Shown one piece after another: positions 42,815-54,012 of a stretch of 64,000 nucleotides of DNA; positions within the stretch are counted from its first letter, which is position 1; each line of letters opens with the position of its first letter. The notes under the pieces were generated by a model, which was not told the DNA's origin, did no database searches, and saw only the letters and a program-made list of their open reading frames with translations. Source of the DNA: Lama guanicoe (Eukaryota). Location of the stretch: NCBI GenBank assembly GCA_013239625.1, contig MU053810.1, forward strand, positions 2,987,518-3,051,517, in the 5' to 3' direction. Made by a program: the position numbers and the translations under genes.

Positions 42815-43072
42815 AAATGGTGAGCCACTATGGAAACCAGTATGGACTTTCCTCAAAAAAGGAAAAACAGAACTACCACATGACCCAGCAATCCCACTCT
42901 TGAGTATATACCCAAAAGAGATGAAATGACTATCTGAAGGAGATATCTGCACCCCCACGTTTACTGCAGCATTATTCACAGTTGCTGAGAAATGGAAACC
43001 ACCGAAGTGTCTCTCAACAAAAGAGTGGATAAAGGTGTGGTGTGTGTGTACGTATATATATACATACACATA

Positions 43073-43105
<33 letters not shown>

Positions 43106-43315
43106 TTTTTTTTAATGGAATTGCTACATTCATAGAAAAGTGGTTGCCAGGCGCTAGGGGGTGGAGGAAGTAGGAAGACGTTGATAAAAGGGTACAAACT
43201 TTCAGGTATAAGATGAATAAGTTCTGGGGAGCTACTGTAAAACCTGGCGACTATAGTTGATGACACTGTATTATATAATTGAAAATTAAAAATAAAAAAC
43301 TAAAAACCAAAAAAA
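42815..43315 (+). mobile_element. L1 3' fragment
   Basis: PLWKPVWTFLKKGKTELPHDPAIPLLSIYPKEMK followed by 3'UTR and an A-rich tail. Confidence 0.85.
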
Positions 43316-44065
43316 GAGATGTTTCCTAAGCTGAGTGCTGGCAGGACCACCCCAAGCCTCTTCACTCGAAATAGTAATACTCAACCCTGTCATTTACCTA
43401 GCCAGTCTCTAAAGAACCCATGGCCATCCTTCCAAGTGACCACAGGGACTCCCTGTACCCAGGTTCCTCACCTGTAACAGTGATGATGATAATAAAACTG
43501 ACCTCCACCAGGGAGGGGGCTCTGTAGGAGCAGATGAGAGGACACATGGAGACCACTTAGAACTGCATCAGGCAACTGGCTGTTTATAGTACTCATCTTC
43601 CTTGCTCTGTTATCCAGCATGTGCAAATGACAGTGGCCACAAAGCGTGTGCTCTCTAACTCTGGCCCAAACTTCATCATCAGTATTTGAGAGATATATAT
43701 CAACCAGTCATGCCTTGGTTCTCTAGACCTAACTCTTTATTTAGATAGCCAAACAACCACATACTTGGGCAAACTGTTTTGACTGCCTGTATTTAATTGT
43801 TTCTACTCTACCTTATTCTACCACGGATTTGAAACCACATATGTATAATGAGAAATAAGTTTTAAAAATTCATATCCAGGGAAAATCTAGATTGAGGGGG
43901 GAGATAAATTATATATGCACACAATATGTAATAAAATTTATGTATATCTTATATGTAGTACAAATTGTCTAATTTATTGACGTTATAAACAAAAGTGAGT
44001 GTGAAAATAAATACTACATAGAAATGATGGATCTACAGACGAGGCTGGGGTGCAAATTTGCTTCT

Positions 44066-44256
44066 TTAACATTTTTTTTAAATTTTTAATATTGTTTTTA
44101 CTTTTTTTTGTTTTAAATTTGGGGGGGGGTTAGGGATTTTTGCTTTTCTGAGGGGAGAGAATTAGATTTATTTATTTTAATGGAGTGCTGGGGATCAAAC
44201 CCAGGACCTCATACATGCTAGGTATGTACTCTACCACTGAGCTATACCCTCCACCC
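44066..44256 (-). mobile_element. vic-1-like SINE with 13-bp TSD
   Basis: SINE core plus T-rich tail; 'caaatttgcttct' at 44053-44065 and 44257-44269. Confidence 0.88.
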
Positions 44257-46486
44257 CAAATTTGCTTCTAGGTTTCCTGGAAACCAAAGAAAAAAAGAGA
44301 AATATAATTAGCTACCTATCTACATTGTCCAAAAGAAGAAAGCATAACCAGTTCTTCAGAAAAACAAGAAAACAAGTACATAAAAAGCCTTTCCTGATAC
44401 TTGGGTATTTTTTTAAAAAATGTTTTGCCTGGTTTTTCATGTGGGAATACTGAGAATTCCAGTGGCTGGTGTCCTCCCCACACCCGGTCAATGAATGTGG
44501 CAGCTGATTATTATGAGATTATGAGATCACTGTAATGGACTCAGTGTACTCCAGGTGAATAAGGTCAAGTGTGGTGATGGCAGCTGTGGAAGCTGCAGAC
44601 GAGGTGTTCCAGTGGGAGACCTCTCTTTCTGATCAGGTAGAGGAAAACATAGTCTCTGGAGAGAAATGGAGAGGTCTGTGAGTCCTTCAAACTCTCTTCC
44701 ATTTTATATAGCTTCTCTCAATTGTTTTGACCAACCCCCCCCACCCCCACAAAGACAGCAGCAGACCACCTGAAATTATATTTTAGGGGAAGGGGCTAGC
44801 CTGAATTTGGTATTTTGAATTTTGCCCTGTATTGGGATTTGGTATTTGGTAATTTATGATAAAACTGCTGCGTCATTTAAAAACTGCTTTAAAAGACTTT
44901 CATAATTTTCAACAGCCCTTGATTAGGTACACGAGACTTTTTTTTTTTTAACTGTGTGTTAGGAAGAAATTGATACATTGGTATGGTTTCAGGTGTTAGG
45001 TAACCAGAGTTTGGTGCCAGAAACTCAAGAGGTAAATTTTAGATTTAACATCAGTAGCTCTCCTTCACCTAGTTTTTTCTGGAATAACTGTCTTTCCCTT
45101 GCTTTACTTCGATCATATCCTGCACCACGGTTTGAATGGTCCTGTACTATCTGTGCCATTTATTACAAGCTACCTCAGGACATTTTTTTGAAAGACGACG
45201 AGGCATGAGTTTCAAATTAAATGCACAACCACACTTTACGATGCAAAGGGGGAGTGGTTAAAATTTATCCACTAAATGTATTCATCAATATTGTTTTTGG
45301 CTGGAAGTAATACAGAACCTGACAGAACTATGGCTTAAAGCCTTTATCCCAGACATCAGGAAGTCTAGAGAATGCAGTCCAGGGCTGATAAAGGTACTTT
45401 ATGATAGAACTAAAGATTCAGGGTCTTTCTATCCTTTTTTCCACCATCTATATGGGTAGCGTTCATCCCCATGGTCAAAGGTAGCTCCTGTTCCCCTCAC
45501 CCTCAACGTATCTTATCTACATCCCTGACAGGAAGACGAGGGAAGGGTCAGAAGGCTACAAATGAAATGCCAGCTGAGCCTGTTCTTTTAAAAGCTTTCT
45601 CAGAAGCCCCACCCCCACCAGCAACCTCTCCTTCCGTGTCACCATCTAGAACTGCATCACGTCACCACTCCCAGCTGCAAAGGGCTCCAGGAAGGTGAAA
45701 GTTTTAGTTGGAAATATTTCTCCTTAAACAAACTCCCGGTTCTGTTAGTAAAGAAGAAGGGAAGGGTGGATGTGAGGAGGCATTTAAGAGTGTCAGCCAC
45801 AGTAAGTACTAGGGTGTAATGCGCAGCTCGGCAGATGCAATTCACACTGCTATATGTTACGTAAGATAGTTGTTAAGAGTAAATCTTGGGTTCTCATAAC
45901 AAGAAAAAATGTTTAATTTCTTTAATTTTTGTATCTATATGAGATGATGGATGTCCCCTAAACTTACTATGATAGTCACTTCCTGCTGCATGTAAGTCAG
46001 TCTTCTACACCTTAAACTTCTACGGTGCTGAGTGTCAATTATGTCTCAGTAAACTGAAAGGGAAAAAAAGAAATCACAAAAAACCAGCGTCAACTACAGA
46101 AAATGTCTGTAATATAATATCAACAGAAAAAACAGAGAACAAATTGTCTCTTGTGTACGACCTCGATTGTAAAAACCAACAGAGACAACATGAGAAAAAT
46201 CACCAAAATTTAAGAGTAATTGTGGGTGGTGAAATTACCAGTGATTTTTTTAATATATACTTTTCTATATTTTCTTTGTTTCATTAAAATAAGTGTCTGC
46301 CAGCTTATAATAGAAAAATAAACTAGTATTTACAAAACAAAACATATTTTCTACTTCTGTCTATCTTATTGTTACACTTCTCCAGTCGGTCATTCACAGG
46401 ATCATCGTGAACATGATACAATAATATCATGTACCATTATTTATGGACACCAATAGGTTGCATTTAGTCTTTCTTATCTAGTTTAA

Positions 46487-46487
<1 letters not shown>

Positions 46488-46519
<32 letters not shown>
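46488..46519. repeat. (CA)n microsatellite
   Basis: Directly visible. Confidence 0.95.
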
Positions 46520-46521
<2 letters not shown>

Positions 46522-48806
46522 CCTTGTCTTTAAGAGCTTAAATGTGGTGCATTATAGATTACATTACATGACAATCAGGAAAGTGACAAGACAGCAGGGT
46601 TCAGTTCAGCTGAAAGAACACTCAACCAGGATGCAGAGATAAAATTACATGGGTGCACCTCAGTGTCGGTGCTATCTTGGGTAGAAAAACTAACTTCTTT
46701 GAGACCCAATGGCCTCATCTATAAAATGAGGGCTTGAACTATGTGATTTCTTTTTTATTTATTTTTTGAAATACGTGATTTCTAAAAGTCTTTTTGATCT
46801 CAGCATTTTGCTTATTCTAGCCACATACTGACTTTGGTTATTTATCCTCACACTGAGACCGTCATCTCATGAGTGATGTTACCTGCCCCATTTCTCCCCC
46901 TACTTTTTTTTTTTCTCTCTCTTCTTTAGTGATTTACTAGCCTCCATCAGACTAGGAAGAATCAGCCTTGTTCCCATTTGCTCTTCTCTGTGGTCCCCCT
47001 GAACAATTCATCTGCTTTGAGAGCCTCTTTCTGGATGAGTCCCAAGTCTATGTCTCTGGCTCTGACACCTCCAAGCTTTAGAGTCACTTCCACCTGCCTA
47101 GAGCCCTACCTTGTCTGGATAAATGATATCGCTGAAAGTCAACCTGTTTAAAATTAAACTCATCTGTTTCCCTAGGTCCACGTCCTTTCCCATGCCTTGA
47201 TTTTCTTGTTATTTCTCTGCTTGGCACCATTCCTTTCTTAGTTTCCTAGGCTTGAAATCTTAAAGGATGTCTTTGACTCCTTTCTCCAGCTTAGTCCTCT
47301 TATAAAATCTAGAGGAAGTCTTTTTGGTTCTAGTTCAGATGGCAACATAGGAAGATCCTGAACTCATGGACACACCAAGTCTATAGCTACATATGGAACA
47401 ATTTCCTCAAAAGAAAAAAATTCCCTAAAAACTAGCTGAGCAACTTTTACACACCGGCCAAATGAGAAAAAAGCAAAAAAAACCCAAACCCCACACTGAA
47501 GTGGGTAGGAGAGGTTGAGACACATTCTTGCCATTAAACCCTACTCCTGGCACATCCAGGAGGGAACTCAAATCCCAGAGCTTCTCCCTGAGGAGCAGAA
47601 GGTTTGAACCCCACATCAGGCACCCCAACTTGTGAGATCTGCGCCTGAGAGATGAGTCTCCGAATCACCTATCATAGAAAACCAGCAAGGTTCACATCCA
47701 GAAGACCCACGGGCTATAGTGAACAGAAAGTCTCTTAAAGGGCTTCTGCACTCAGACTCAGTGGCTCCAGGGACCAATGCCCAGACTTTGTGAAAGAGGC
47801 TTTTTTGCTTGTCTTAAAGCATTGGCCTGAGGGGCAGGCATCTAACTGAAAACACATCCGGGGACCTGCTGGAGAACTCTCTGGGGGCAGAGGTTGGCAG
47901 TCACCATCCTTACACTCTCCCTCTGCCTCACTCCAGCTCACTGGTGTCTCCTAAATAGGAGCTTGTACCCTCCTCTGGCACCCTGATTTTTTTTGCAGCT
48001 GCTGCCAGGAAACATCTGTTAAATTGCCTGGCTATGGTGGCCAGCAGGCCTGACATCTGTACTCCCCCAGCACTGTATATATATTTATATATTTTTTAAA
48101 GCTGCTGCCTGAGGGTCTGACTTCCAATCAGCCTGAATCTAGGCGCTGACTGAGATCCTGTCCTCTGGGACACTGACAGGTCTTGGCACACCCTGAACTA
48201 TTGGGAGCCACTAAAAACAAAATAGGCTACTTGGACAGTCACGTAGGTTTGAGACACAACCAGGGTTGAATGAAGCCACTCCTTAAAGACTGGGACAGGT
48301 GGCTGTTAAATCTAATGCATAGAAAGCAATGCAGAGAGTCAAGAAAATGAAGAGCTAGAAGAATGGTTACAAATGAAAGAACCAGGTAAAACCACAGAAA
48401 AATATTCTATTGTAATGGAGATAAGTGATTTACCTGGTAAAGAGTTCAAAGTAATGGTCATAAAAATGCTCCCTAAACTTGTAATAAGAATGGATGACCA
48501 CAGTGAGAACTTAAACAAAGAAATAGAAAAGTATAAGAAAGTACCAACTAGGAGTCACAGAGCTGGAGTACAAAACCTGCACTGAAAGGTACACTAGAGG
48601 GCTCAACACCATATTAAATGAAGCAGAAGAAAGACAGGGCAGTGGAACTCAACCAATTAAAGCAGCAAAAAGAAAAAAAATGAAAAAGTAAAGATATGGT
48701 AAGAGACTTAAGGGACAACATCAAGTGGACCAACATTTCTACTATAGGAGTCCCAGAAGTAGAAGAGAGAGAGAAAGGAGTAGAAAATTTGTTTGAAGAA
48801 ATAATG

Positions 48807-48913
48807 GCGCTTGCTTCGGCAGCACAAGTACTAAAACTGAAACGATACAGGGAAGACCAGCATGGCCCCTGTGCAAGGAGGACGTGCACATTCGTGAAGC
48901 GTTCCATATTTTT
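48807..48913 (+). pseudogene. RNU6: Full-length U6 snRNA retrocopy, 5' part of a chimera
   Basis: 107 nt 'gcgcttgcttcggcagcacaagtactaaaactgaaacgatacaggg...catggcccctgtgcaagg...ttcgtgaagcgttccatattttt' colinear with U6; several substitutions; upstream is L1 ORF1, not a U6 promoter. Confidence 0.95.
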
Positions 48914-49558
48914 GAGCGTGGGAGGAAAAGCACACAGAGTCAGACCCGGTTTGGATTCTGTCTCCACTCTGGGCCGCTCTACCTTTCTGGGAGAGCATCT
49001 ACATGTTGCTGAGCCTGTTTCCCAAAATAAGATCACAAATCCAGCTGGCAGGTACCAGAGCAGGGATTTGAACCCAAGTCGACCAGATTCCAGGGCTGAT
49101 TTTTCATACTCCACCCTCCTGATTTTTTTTAATGTATCCATTTCATTCATTCATCCATCCACTTAGAAACTGTTTCTGGAGACCTGCTATGCACCAGGCA
49201 CTATTCCAAGCTCCATAGATACAGCAGTGAACAAGGCAGACGAGGCCCTCCCCTTGGGGAAATTATATTCTGAAAGATGGAGACAGACAGTAAACAAATA
49301 AACAAATAGGACAGGAAGTACTCTGACGGAACTGTAATAGAGGTGGATGGAGTTGGAGGTGGATGCCTTAGCTTATGTAGTCAGGGAAGGAGATGACATT
49401 TTTGATGTGACACTGGGCAAAGAGCCTGGAAAATTAATTCAGTTCACTGTGAAATGTGGGGCTATCTCAGACAGGGATGGGTGATGCAGCCCAGCCCTTT
49501 GGGGTATCTGCACCCCAGGTGGGTCAGGGTCTCCCCCTCCGGCTGCCCTGTCTTCCAG
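48914..49558 (+). other. Retained 3' part of an SGSM1 intron (MIR and L2 fragments) ending in a 3' splice site
   Basis: MIR-like 'cagggatttgaacccaagtc', L2-like 'tcattcattcatcc...gacctgctatgcaccaggcact'; ends 'ggctgccctgtcttccag' directly before GTG AAG CAG (VKQ). Confidence 0.8.
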
Positions 49559-50843
49559 GTGAAGCAGATCATGGAGGAGGCCGTCACACGCAAGTGTGCC
49601 CATGAAGACAGCAGCCACATCGCCTCCTTCTGTGCAGCGGTGGAGGCCTGCGTCCTGCATGGACTGCGGAGGCAGGTGGCTGGCTTCCTGTGCAGCAACA
49701 AGATTGCAGCTCTCTTCATGATGGTGGGTGTGAGCTTCCTGCCAGCCGAGGAGCTGAGCTTCAAGGCCCAGGACCTGGAGCAGCTGATCGAGAGTGCACG
49801 AAACCAGATCCAGGGGCTCCAAGAGAATGTGTGGAAGCTGCCAAAACTGCCCAACCTGTCCCCACTCGCCATCAAGCACCTGTGGATCCACACAGCCTTG
49901 TTCAAGAAAGTCCTGGACAAAATTGTGCATTACCTTGTGGAAAACAGCAGCTGAGAACACTGAAGATCAGAGAGGGTGGTCACCTGTCCGGGGACACACA
50001 GCAAAGGAGGGTGCAGTAAGTATTATGAGAAGGAGGCTCTCCTGATGGACCCTGTGGATGGCCCCATACTTGCGTCTTTGTTGGCGGGGCTCTGTGCCCT
50101 GGGGTACACCAAGATGAAAACTTCAGATCACTTCTGGACGGATCCCTCAGCCGATGAGCTGGTCCAGAGGCACCACACCCACAGCTCACACCTGTGGCAG
50201 GACTCACCCACCAAGTGTCCTGTCCTCTGCATCCAGAAGAGGCATTCGAGTGGCAGCATGGAAGACCAGCCGTCTCTCTCCACCTGCGACTATGTGGAGT
50301 CCCTGCATTGGAACTCCCGGGCCACCCTGCTCTATGGAAAAACAATGTTCTGGTTCAGCCGAGGGATGACATGGAGGCTGTGCCAGGGTACCTGTCCCTG
50401 CACCAGGCGGCTGACATCATGACCTTGAAGTGGACACCTAACCAGCTGATGAACGGGTCTGTGGGGGACCTGGAGTATAAGAGTGTCTTCTGGGACTACG
50501 CCATGACCATCCGCCCGGAGATCGTCTACCTGCACTGCCACCAGCAAGTGGACAGTGGCGGGACAGTGGTGTTGGTCAGCCAGGATGGGATCCAGAGACC
50601 GCCTTTCCGCTTCCCCAACGGAGGGCACCTCCTGCAGTTCCTCTCATGCCTGGAGAACGGGCTGCTCCCTCACGGGCAGCTGGACCCACCGCTCTGGTCT
50701 CCGCAGTGGAAGGGCAAAGTATTTCCCAAACCGCGAAAGTGGAGCCCTCAGGGTTCATCCGAGTCCACGTCCTCTGACAAGGAAGACGACGAGGCCACGG
50801 ATTGTGTTCAGGATCATCTACCCTGGCATGCAGTCTGAATTCG

Positions 50844-51020
50844 TGAGAGGTGTCCTGTGCATTGTGGGATGTTGAGCACCATCCCTGGTCTCCTTTCACG
50901 AGTGGCCAAGTAGCAAATCCACCCCCACCACCACGCTGAGTTGTGACAACCGGAAATGTCTCCAGATATTGCCAAGTGGCCTCTGGGGGCAAAACTGCTC
51001 CCGGATGAGAACTGCTGGCT
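50844..51020. mobile_element. MER20 DNA transposon fragment in the extra segment of the SGSM1 retrocopy
   Basis: 'tgtcctgtgcattgtgggatgttgagcaccatccctgg...gttgtgacaaccggaaatgtctccagatattgccaa...tgagaactgctgg'. Confidence 0.8.
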
Positions 51021-53821
51021 TAGGGAAAGAACACATCACTTCTTTCAAGTCTGCCACTGCAATGTGGCCAAGTGACTTGCCCTCTCCAGGGCTGTAGAAT
51101 GGGGATCACAGCACCTCCCACCCAGGATCATATTCTTTAGAGTGGCTTCTGACTCTGGGCAGCACTTCTCCCGTCTCTGTGGGCCCTGCGTGGATGGTGG
51201 TTCCTGCAGGCCGGTCCATGTTAGTGGTGGCCAGGGACAGTCGGTGAGTTCAGACCAAGTGGGACACCACCCTCCCCATATTCTGCCTGAAGCCTCAATC
51301 CCTCATACCCCATGACCTGATAGATGTCTCTGTGAGCAACCTGCCACCCCTATGGCAACCGGCCCCCGGAAATCCTCCTGCTTATCCTGCTCAGAGTGGC
51401 TCGGCTGATGGTGGCTCAGCCAATGGCTGCAACCATGAGAGGGCTCCCTTGAAACTTCTGTGTGACAATATGAAGTACCAGATCCTTTCCAGAGCCTTCC
51501 ATGGATGGCTTGCCTACTGCAGACACTTGTCCACTGTGAGGACCCACCTGTCAGCCCTGGTCAGTCACATGATTGTGTCTCCAAACTTGCCTGTGATGCT
51601 GGACACGGGCTGACGGCCGGGATCTGGGAGCAGTACCTCCAGGACAGCACAAGTTATGAGGAGCAGGAGCTGCTGCGTCTCATCTACTACGGGGGCGTCC
51701 AGCCGGAGATCCGCAACGCCGTGTGGCCCTCCTGGGCCACTACCAGTTCGGGATGACAGAAACAAAGAGGAAGGAGGTGGACAAGCAGATTCATGCCTGC
51801 TACGCACAGACCAAGTCCGAGTGGCTGGGCTGCAAGGCAATTGTGTGTCAGACGGAGTGGGAGTCCCACGCGGCTGCCCTGGCCAAGTGCTCATCAGGGG
51901 CCAGTCTGGACAGCCACCTGCACTGGCTGATGCACCGGGACTCCACCATCAGCAGTGAGTCCTCCCAGAGCTGCAGCTCAGGCCGTCAGAACATCTGCCT
52001 GCACAGTGACTACAGCAGCAGCACACAGGTCTGTGGACGAGGTGGAGCAAGTGGAGATAGAAGGTAGACTAGAGGAGAAACAGCCCAAGATCCCCAGTGG
52101 AAACCTGGTAAGTGGGACCCGTTCCCCAGACTCTGGCCATCCTTCCTCCCACAACTTCTCCTTGGGCCTCTTGGAGCACTCGGAACCCAGCCTGAGCACA
52201 GAAGACAGCATCATGGATGCCCAGAGGCATGCCCCCCTGGTACTGTGACCCAGTAGCAGCGTGGATGACGGGCAGAGCAGCAAGGCCACCACTTCCCGGG
52301 ACGAGGTCCCCCGTGAGGAGCTGGCCGTGCAGGACAGCCTGAAGAGCGACCTCCTCGCCAACGAGAGCATGGGCGAATTCATGTCCATCACTGGCAGCAT
52401 GGACGTGGCTCTACTTGAAAAGGAGGGCACCGGGATGGAGGGCTGGAGGGGCAGTGAGGCGGAGAAGCACAGCCAGGTGGGCAGTGAGGACAACCTCTCA
52501 GAGGAGCCCGAGATGGAAAGTCTCTTCCCTGCCCTGGCTTCTCTGGCTGTGACCACATCTGCCAACAACGAGGCATCCCTGTTGTCTTCCAGTGGTGCCA
52601 GCTACTCCCCGGAGCTGCAGGACCTATACACGGTGAACCTGCACCCATTGAGGGGGACGTGCAAAGGTGTGACCGCAACTACTGGTACTTCATGCCCGCC
52701 AACCTGGAGAAGCTACGGAACATCATGTGCAGGCAGATGGGAATTCCAGACAGAGGGAACTGCTGGGACAAAAGCACAGTGGCACGAATGTGTTCTTTAC
52801 TTGTACAAAGCTATCTCTGGCAGCACACTGAGATCAGCTATGTCCAGGGTATGTGTGACCTCCTGGCTCCACTGCTGGTCATTCTGGATGACGAGGCCCT
52901 CACCTTCAGCTGCTTCACGGAGCTCATGAAGAGGATGAACCAGAACTTCCCCCATGGAGGCACCATGGACACACACTTTGCCAACATGAGGTCACTAATC
53001 CAGATCCTGGACTCAGAGCTCTTTGAATTGATGCATCAGAATGGGGACTACACTCACTTCTACTTCTGCTACCGCTGATTCCTGCTGGATTTCAAGTGAG
53101 AGCTCCTCTACGATGATGTCTTCTCCATCTGGAAGATCATCTGGGCAGCCAGACACATCTCGCCTGCCCACTACGTGCTGTTCATTGCACTGGCGCTGGT
53201 GGAGGTCTACCGTGACATCATCTTGGAGAACAACATGGATTTCACAGACATCATCAAATTTTTTAACGAAATGGCCAAGCGACACAACACCAAACAGGTC
53301 ATGAAGCTGGCCCGGGACCCCGTGTTCAAGGTGCAGACCCTGATTGAGAACAAGTGAGGGCCGCATCACCCAGGCACCATCAGCGGAGCTGCCGCCCACC
53401 TGTCCCGCCCGCTTCTCCTCTTGGCCGCCGGGGAGCGGAGGTCCCGGTGTCTGCCCATGAGCATGGACTTCCGTGCAAAGAGAAAGTACCCCAACTTTAG
53501 CCACTGGACAGGTGGGGTCAAGGGGTTGCCCCTTCAGTTCAGCCTTACATTTTCCTGTTTGACCAAAGATTGCCCAAGTCTGGGATTTCTCTTTTGTGGG
53601 AGTTGGGGGTTGTTGGTGGACCAAGGGAACATCTTCGTTCATGGTCCCCAGAATGGTCTCCTCTCTTTTTCTCTCTCCCATCCCTCCACATTGTCTTGCC
53701 AGATGAGACTTAGGGAGGGAATTTTTTTGGGGAAACTGGGGTAGGAGGGGTCTGCGGGACTCTGTATTCTGAAGGGAGCCTTTGGAGATGTTCCAGAAGA
53801 TGGCTGGAAGGTTGGGTGGGA

Positions 53822-54012
53822 GCATAGCACTGTTGACATTTGGGCTGGGTAATTCTTTTTCAGGGGACGCTGCCCTTGGGCACCGCTGGATTTTTAGCAG
53901 CATCCCTGGACTCTACCTGCTCGATGCCAGTAGCACACTCCTCCCCACCCCTTTGTGACAAGCCAGAACACCTCCAGACGGTGCCAGCCCCATTTGAGAA
54001 CAGCTGGCCTAG
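53822..54012. mobile_element. MER20 in the copied SGSM1 3'UTR
   Basis: 'gcactgttgacatttgggctgggtaattct...tttagcagcatccctggactctac...gatgccagtagcac'. Confidence 0.75.

Noticed and set aside
48807..48913. Functional U6 gene
   Set aside because: No upstream PSE/TATA (context is L1 ORF1), and the ACAGAGA box reads ACAGGGA among other substitutions.
48696..49166. 156-aa ORF reading from L1 ORF1 through U6 into intron sequence
   Set aside because: Chance read-through; upstream ORF1 is broken and U6/MIR sequence is non-coding.
49454..53357. SGSM1 as a functional gene or retrogene
   Set aside because: Lacks the first exons and carries multiple frameshifts and premature stops.
53013..53903. 296-aa minus-strand ORF and similar antisense ORFs over SGSM1 and IQSEC3
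   Set aside because: Antisense shadows of GC-rich coding sequence with no recognisable homology.
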